Source: Emiliania huxleyi CCMP1516
Lineage: Eukaryota
Assembly: GCF_000372725.1 (NCBI RefSeq)
Contig: NW_005201360.1
Location: 84,881-148,880, forward strand
DNA length: 64,000 nucleotides
Direction: 5' to 3'
Made by a program: the position numbers and the translations under genes. This document shows positions 59,130 to 64,000 of this stretch, piece by piece. The notes beneath the pieces were generated by a model that worked only from the letters and a program-made list of their open reading frames with translations, did no database searches and had not been told where the DNA came from. Position 1 is the first letter of the stretch. The number at the start of each line of letters is the position of its first letter.

Positions 59130-61564
59130 CCGAGGCTGACTAGCGCCTCGTCGCACCTCTCCGCCTTCCTCTCCACCCCCTCCTCCGCCGTCTCTCGCGC
59201 GAGCGCCCTCAGCGCCGCAACACCGCCGACTCGGTGCCACTGCGCAGCGCACGCAGACGAGGAGTTTGCTAGGGCCAGGAGGGCGTCGATGCTGTCTCTG
59301 CGCCAGCCATCCTTCTCTGGCTGATCGAGCCGCGAGAGGAGCAGCGAGAGGCAATGGTCGTCAGCCGCGAGGTCGGGACGGGTGCCGGCTAGATTTACAA
59401 GCGCAATTGCAGCAGTGAGCTTGCAGAGGTCTGAGGCGCCTGTCTCCTGCGTGAGAGAGTAGAGGACCGCCACACCGCCAGCCTCCACGACGCCCTCGTG
59501 CGTGGCAGACGCTGCCGCGATCATGTTGCTGAGCACCCCTGCGGCACGCTTCTTCTGCTCCTCAGTCCCATCTCGAGCCAGCGCAATAAGGACCTCCACG
59601 CCGCCAGCCGCCGCGATCGCCACGCTGTGTTTGTCGTTGATAGCGAGGTTCCACAGCGCCCCCGCCGCACGCTGCTTCTGCCCATCAGTCCCGTCGCGAG
59701 CCAGCGCAATAAGCACCTCGATCCCGCCTGCTGCGGCGATCGCCACCTTCTCGTCGTTGTAAGCGAGGCTCGCCAGCGCTCCCGCAGCATTCTCCTTCTG
59801 CGCCTCATTCCCGTCGCGAGCCAGCGCAACGAACAGCTCGATCCCCCCGGCCGCAACAATCGCCGCCTCGTTGTCGTCGTTGTAAGCGAGGTTCCACAGC
59901 GCTCCTGCCGCACGATCCTTCTGCCCCTCATTCCCGTCGCGAGCCAGCGACACGAGGACCTCCACGCCGCCAGCCGCGGCGATCACCACGCTGTTGTCGT
60001 CGTTGTAAGCGAGGTTGCACAGCGCCCACGCCGCACGCTCCTTCTGCGCCTCATTCCCGCCGCGAGCCAGCGACACGAGGACCTCGATGCCGCCGGCCGC
60101 AGCGATCGCCACCTCGTTATCGTCGTTGATAGCGAGGTTGCACAGCGCCCACGCCGCACGCACTTTCTGCGCCTCATTCCCGTCACGTGCCAGCGACACG
60201 AGGACCTCGATGCCGCCGGCCGCTGCGATCACCTCCCTGGTGTCGCTGCTGGCAGAGAGGTTCCACAGCGCCCCCGCCGCTTCCTCCTTCTGCGCCTTAT
60301 TCCCGCCGCGAGCCAGCGACACGAGGACCTGCACGCCGCCGGCCGTAGCAATCGCCGTCTTGTTGTCGTCGTTGATAGCGAGGTTGCACAGCGCCCCCGC
60401 CGCACGCGCCTTTTGCTCCTCATGGCCGTCGCGAGCCAGCGACACGAGGGCTTCGATGCCGCCGGCCGCTGCGATCACCTCCCTGGTGTCGCTGCTGGCA
60501 GAGAGGTTCCACAGCGCCCCCGCCGCTTCCTCCTTCTGCGCTTTATTCCCGTCGCGAGCCAGCGACACGAGGACCTGCACGCCGCCGGCCGTAGCAATCG
60601 CCGTCTTGTTGTCGTCGTTGATAGCGAGGTTGCACAGCGCCCCCGCCGCACGCGCCTTTTGCTCCTCATGGCCGTCGCGAGCCAGCGACACGAGGGCTTC
60701 GATGCCGCCGGCCGCTGCGATCACCTCCCTGGTGTCGCTGCTGGCAGAGAGGTTCCACAGCGCCCCCGCCGCTTCCTCCTTCTGCGCTTTATTCCCGTCG
60801 CGAGCCAGCGACACGAGGACCTCCACGCCGCCGGCCGCAGCAATCGCCGTCTTGTTGTCGTCGTTGATAGCGAGGCGGCACAGCGCCCCCGCCGCACGCT
60901 CCTTCTGCACCGCATTCCCGTCGCGAGCCAGCGACACGAGGACCTGCACGCCGCCGGCCGCAGCAATCGCCGTCTTGTTGTCGTCGTTGATAGCGAGGCG
61001 GCATAGCGCCCACGCCGCACGCTCTTTCTGCACCTCATTCCCGTCGCGAGCCAGCGACACGAGGACCTCGATGCCGCCAGCCGCTGCGATCACCTCCCTG
61101 GTGTCGTCGTCCCCTGCAATTAGAACGAGCGCCATCACGGCGTCCCCCTTCTCGTCCTCGTCTCCGACCCGCAAGAGGGCGACGAGCGCGTCCACCCTCC
61201 TGCCGCCGGCCTCCTCTCTCGACAGCCGCTTGAGCTCTCCAAGCGCAGCAGCGCGCAGCGCCGAGGAGGCATCGCCAGCGGTCTCAACCAGCCGCGCGAA
61301 GGCACCGCGCGGCGCGCAGATCAGGGACCACCGCTTGCAGACGGCCGCGTGGCGCAGGCCCGTCTTCTCGAGGACGCATGGCGCAAGGTCCGGGTCCTCC
61401 AGGACGTCGGTCGCGACGGCGGGCGGAGGGCTGTGGTGCGCGAGGAGCGCCTCGAGGTACCTGTTTGCAGCGGGGCTGTCCCGCATGGCGCCGGCGGTGA
61501 TCGCGATCAGGACATCGGGCGAAAGAGCGGCGAGCCGCAGCTCGTAGCGGTCAGAGGCGAGCAT
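58916..61564 (-). CDS. F-box-like + armadillo-repeat protein (~14 ARM repeats); last ~70 codons derive from the transposon
   Basis: VLEDPDLAPCVL..AAVCKRW then 41-aa repeats IAAAGGIEVLVSLARDG...KE.AAGAL.NLA. Confidence 0.9.
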   Translation of the reverse strand: MLASDRYELRLAALSPDVLIAITAGAMRDSPAANRYLEALLAHHSPPPAVATDVLEDPDLAPCVLEKTGLRHAAVCKRWSLICAPRGAFARLVETAGDASSALRAAALGELKRLSREEAGGRRVDALVALLRVGDEDEKGDAVMALVLIAGDDDTREVIAAAGGIEVLVSLARDGNEVQKERAAWALCRLAINDDNKTAIAAAGGVQVLVSLARDGNAVQKERAAGALCRLAINDDNKTAIAAAGGVEVLVSLARDGNKAQKEEAAGALWNLSASSDTREVIAAAGGIEALVSLARDGHEEQKARAAGALCNLAINDDNKTAIATAGGVQVLVSLARDGNKAQKEEAAGALWNLSASSDTREVIAAAGGIEALVSLARDGHEEQKARAAGALCNLAINDDNKTAIATAGGVQVLVSLARGGNKAQKEEAAGALWNLSASSDTREVIAAAGGIEVLVSLARDGNEAQKVRAAWALCNLAINDDNEVAIAAAGGIEVLVSLARGGNEAQKERAAWALCNLAYNDDNSVVIAAAGGVEVLVSLARDGNEGQKDRAAGALWNLAYNDDNEAAIVAAGGIELFVALARDGNEAQKENAAGALASLAYNDEKVAIAAAGGIEVLIALARDGTDGQKQRAAGALWNLAINDKHSVAIAAAGGVEVLIALARDGTEEQKKRAAGVLSNMIAAASATHEGVVEAGGVAVLYSLTQETGASDLCKLTAAIALVNLAGTRPDLAADDHCLSLLLSRLDQPEKDGWRRDSIDALLALANSSSACAAQWHRVGGVAALRALARETAEEGVERKAERCDEALVSLGRQGELEYFTVFPVSQYLRCCGAVFQYFRHAKQVFLLQYCMLPAHGPWPSIPISRKQRPSIGGANTSLPRG

Positions 61565-61868
61565 CGTGAGCCTGTCGAGGACTGGAAGCAAGACAGGCCG
61601 TGGGTGTGGTTGTCACGAGGACAGAAGACGTGGACGCACGTAAACTCACTCGGAGAATCCGATTCACACTCACGGACTGTCCGAGGAGGCCACCGGCCAA
61701 AAGCGCATGTCTAGGGTGGTGTGGCATCTCTTGCGGGTCTCGCCAGGGGCGCCTACCAACCTCGCTTGCGAGGGGCGTGTGGCATGTCTGAACGGACTCG
61801 TGAGGGGCGCCTGCCAACCTCGCTTCGTCGAAGCGGCGCTCGGTACCCACACCCAACCCGCCGCATTC

Positions 61869-62630
61869 GTCGCCGGCGCGCGACACGTTCCCGTCGGCTG
61901 GACTGCCCTCGTCGAGTGCGTGTCGCCAACCAAGGCGGGACGCACTCAGGGACAGTGCCGGCGGGACGCGGCTCGAGAGGCGGCTCCCGCGGAGCGGCGG
62001 AGGCACGGCTGGCACCTGTGGCGCGGGGCTCGTCTTCGGAAAGACCAGGATCGCTCTACTGGCAAAGTTCTGGCTGACACGCGCGCCCGGTCGAGCCTTC
62101 GGCGGGCGCGCTGCGGTCGCACGCCTACCCAAGTCATATGCCACGGCGTGCGATCTAGATTCAGCACACGCGCCTCTGCTCGCAACCACTCATCCAATGA
62201 ACTGTCGCCACCCATGAGTGCGAGTTAGGGCTAGCGGCTGGCCAATAGCCTGTGAGGAGGGCGTCCATAGACACCTCACAAGACCCCACACATGGTCTCG
62301 TCCGTGCCTTGCGGCCGGCGACGAGATTGCTAGAGGCGGAGCAAGCCTGCTCTAGTCTCACACGTTCGCCCCTGTCGCCTGTCTGTGTTGTTGTGCTGTT
62401 GTTTGTCTCTTGGCACCTTGGAGTGCTGGGGGGGGCGACAGGGGGGACGTGGCCTGAGTGATGTGTACGCCCACTCAGGATGTGTGGCAGCCCGCTGGCT
62501 GTGTGTCTTGTGAGCTTGTTTGTGTCTGTGTGTCGCTCGTGCGTGTCGTCATCATCTGTCTTGCGTCCACCCATACCGCGTTGGTGTCCAGTCCGAGCCT
62601 GACTGTTCTTCACCTTACTACATACATACA
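61869..62630 (+). repeat. Interspersed repeat family B, copy 2 (with ~240 bp extra internal segment)
   Basis: Aligns with 52393-52927. Confidence 0.85.
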
Positions 62631-63282
62631 TGCATGTCTTGAAGGTCCGATACTGGAAGCCCATATAGGCACCTCAGTCTCGCACCTCTTGAGCGACACT
62701 ACGTTTCCGCAGCTGGGGATTCTCCGGGAACTGGAGCTGCAGCGAGAGCTCGATGTAGTCGGCATACGCCGCACACGGGAAGAAGTCGGCATACGGGCAT
62801 ACGCAAGCGGCGCACGGCCGCGCCACACGTGGCCAGCAGGTCCCGCGCGTGGCGTCCGACGTGCTCAGCAGCGTCCCCACCGCCTACCCCCGCCCCCCAC
62901 CGCCCCTGCCGCAGCGGCCTGCCGCCGCCGCGCTTGCCTCACATCTTGAGGTCCTCCTCGTCCGAGCTGTCCGAGAGGAGTTCGTTTTCTTTATTCAGCG
63001 CTGAAGGGGGGGGGGGGAGGTGGAATACGTATTCCACCGTATTCCAAAAATCGCTCCTTCCTGCCGCCGCCCTCTGCTCAGTCGTTTGACCCGCCGCCCA
63101 ATGCTCCGCCGTTCGCTGCCGTGGTCTGCCGCCGTGCCGCCGCTCCTTACCGTGCCGCTCCTTCCGCGCCTCGCCGCCCTTGCCATTTATTCGCCGTCCC
63201 TCCTGCCGTGCGTTACCGCCGTGCCGCCATACCGCCGCTCCTACAGTGCCGCGCCGCCTCCCACGCGCACACACCTTACCTC

Positions 63283-63529
63283 CTGCTCGACCGAGTTTGC
63301 GATGAGAAGTGACCCGAGCCGCCGGGTGCCCCGCAGCGGCCTCGCTGGACCAGAAGAACCGGTCCGCGAGTGCTCCGCAGCAGCCTCGCTGAGCCAGAAC
63401 GTCGGCTCGCGAGGTGGGGTGCTAGTATGAGCCCGATCCGTCGTAGAGTTCTTGCGCTTCGGCGGTTAGTGGTGCGCTAACCTCCGAGAAACCCTTCGGG
63501 TCGCTCCTCATCGCAAACCCTGTCAGCAG
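63283..63529. mobile_element. Possible degenerate MITE
   Basis: Imperfect inverted repeat GTTTGCGATGAG(A/G)AG(T/C)GACCCGA at 63295-63317 / 63496-63518; no TSD found. Confidence 0.4.
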
Positions 63530-63755
63530 AGTCTCCTACGGGAATGTACGTAAGAGCTACATACACTGAAAAACCTTCCCAAAAGCTACATATTCCGAAT
63601 AAAACTTTCTTCGCTCCGCGAATTCACAGAGTAGGCTGCATGCTTGCCGCGGAATGCGGGCGGTGCTTAGTGTAGGTATGTTGTTGGCAACAAGACACAG
63701 AGCTCACACAAAATCGGGTGGAAAGCGAACGAGTCACTTAACAGCGGTCGATTAG

Positions 63756-64000
63756 GGGGTGCGAGTCTACTGGCCAGACGACAAGAAGTGGTACTCTGGG
63801 CAGGCCAAGGCGTTTGACTCGGTGACGTTGGAGCACTTAGTGCGGTACGACGACGGCGAGGAGCGGCAGGAGTGCCTGACAGGACTCGAGCCGTTGCAGT
63901 GGGAGCTGCTGCTCCCCGCGGTGGCGGCCGCGTCGAGTACACGGGCTGCCACAATGTTGCGCAGCGCGCCGCGCGAGGCGGACCCAGAGACGTTGGCGAC
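63756..64000 (+). CDS. Tudor-like domain coding segment (partial, runs off the window)
   Basis: VRVYWPDDKKWYSGQAKAFDSVTLEHLVRYDDGEERQECL, a PDS5/MSH6-type Tudor pattern; an in-frame TAG (or acceptor AG) lies directly upstream. Confidence 0.65.

Noticed and set aside
52393..62630. LTR retrotransposon bounded by the repeat B copies
   Set aside because: Copies are diverged and unequal in length, no clear TSD, and no gag/pol between them
62674..62880. ADYIELSLQLQF resembling a transposase C-terminal motif
   Set aside because: Too short and isolated to support

Overview
GC-rich eukaryotic genomic DNA with many short introns (frequent GC-AG donors, introns filled with 10-11 bp tandem repeats), long (GA)n tracts and two assembly gaps. 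This style fits a haptophyte alga such as Emiliania/Gephyrocapsa; that is inference from sequence style, not a database result. Recognisable genes: SAM methyltransferase, two SRPBCC/cyclase proteins, pepsin-type aspartic protease, M11-like metalloprotease, J-like/FN3 protein, MED21, XPC/RAD4, SPT4, a multi-domain SNF2 remodeler, PRPP synthetase-like protein, an F-box protein and an F-box/ARM protein. Several non-autonomous DNA transposons have clear TIRs and TSDs. The stand-out is a ~2,200-aa minus-strand gene (36970-43779). It fuses a signal peptide, a Venus-flytrap (ANF-receptor) ligand-binding domain, hevein-like chitin-binding Cys modules and one transmembrane helix to a cytoplasmic PI-PLC X/Y catalytic core, a C2 domain and an FHA domain: a candidate single-pass 'receptor phospholipase C'. 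Other notable items are an Spt4 lacking three of four Zn-binding cysteines, a 2.1-kb transposon that replaced the C-terminus of the ARM gene, and introns whose 5' ends duplicate the start of the next exon. All domain calls are by eye from motifs; no searches were run.
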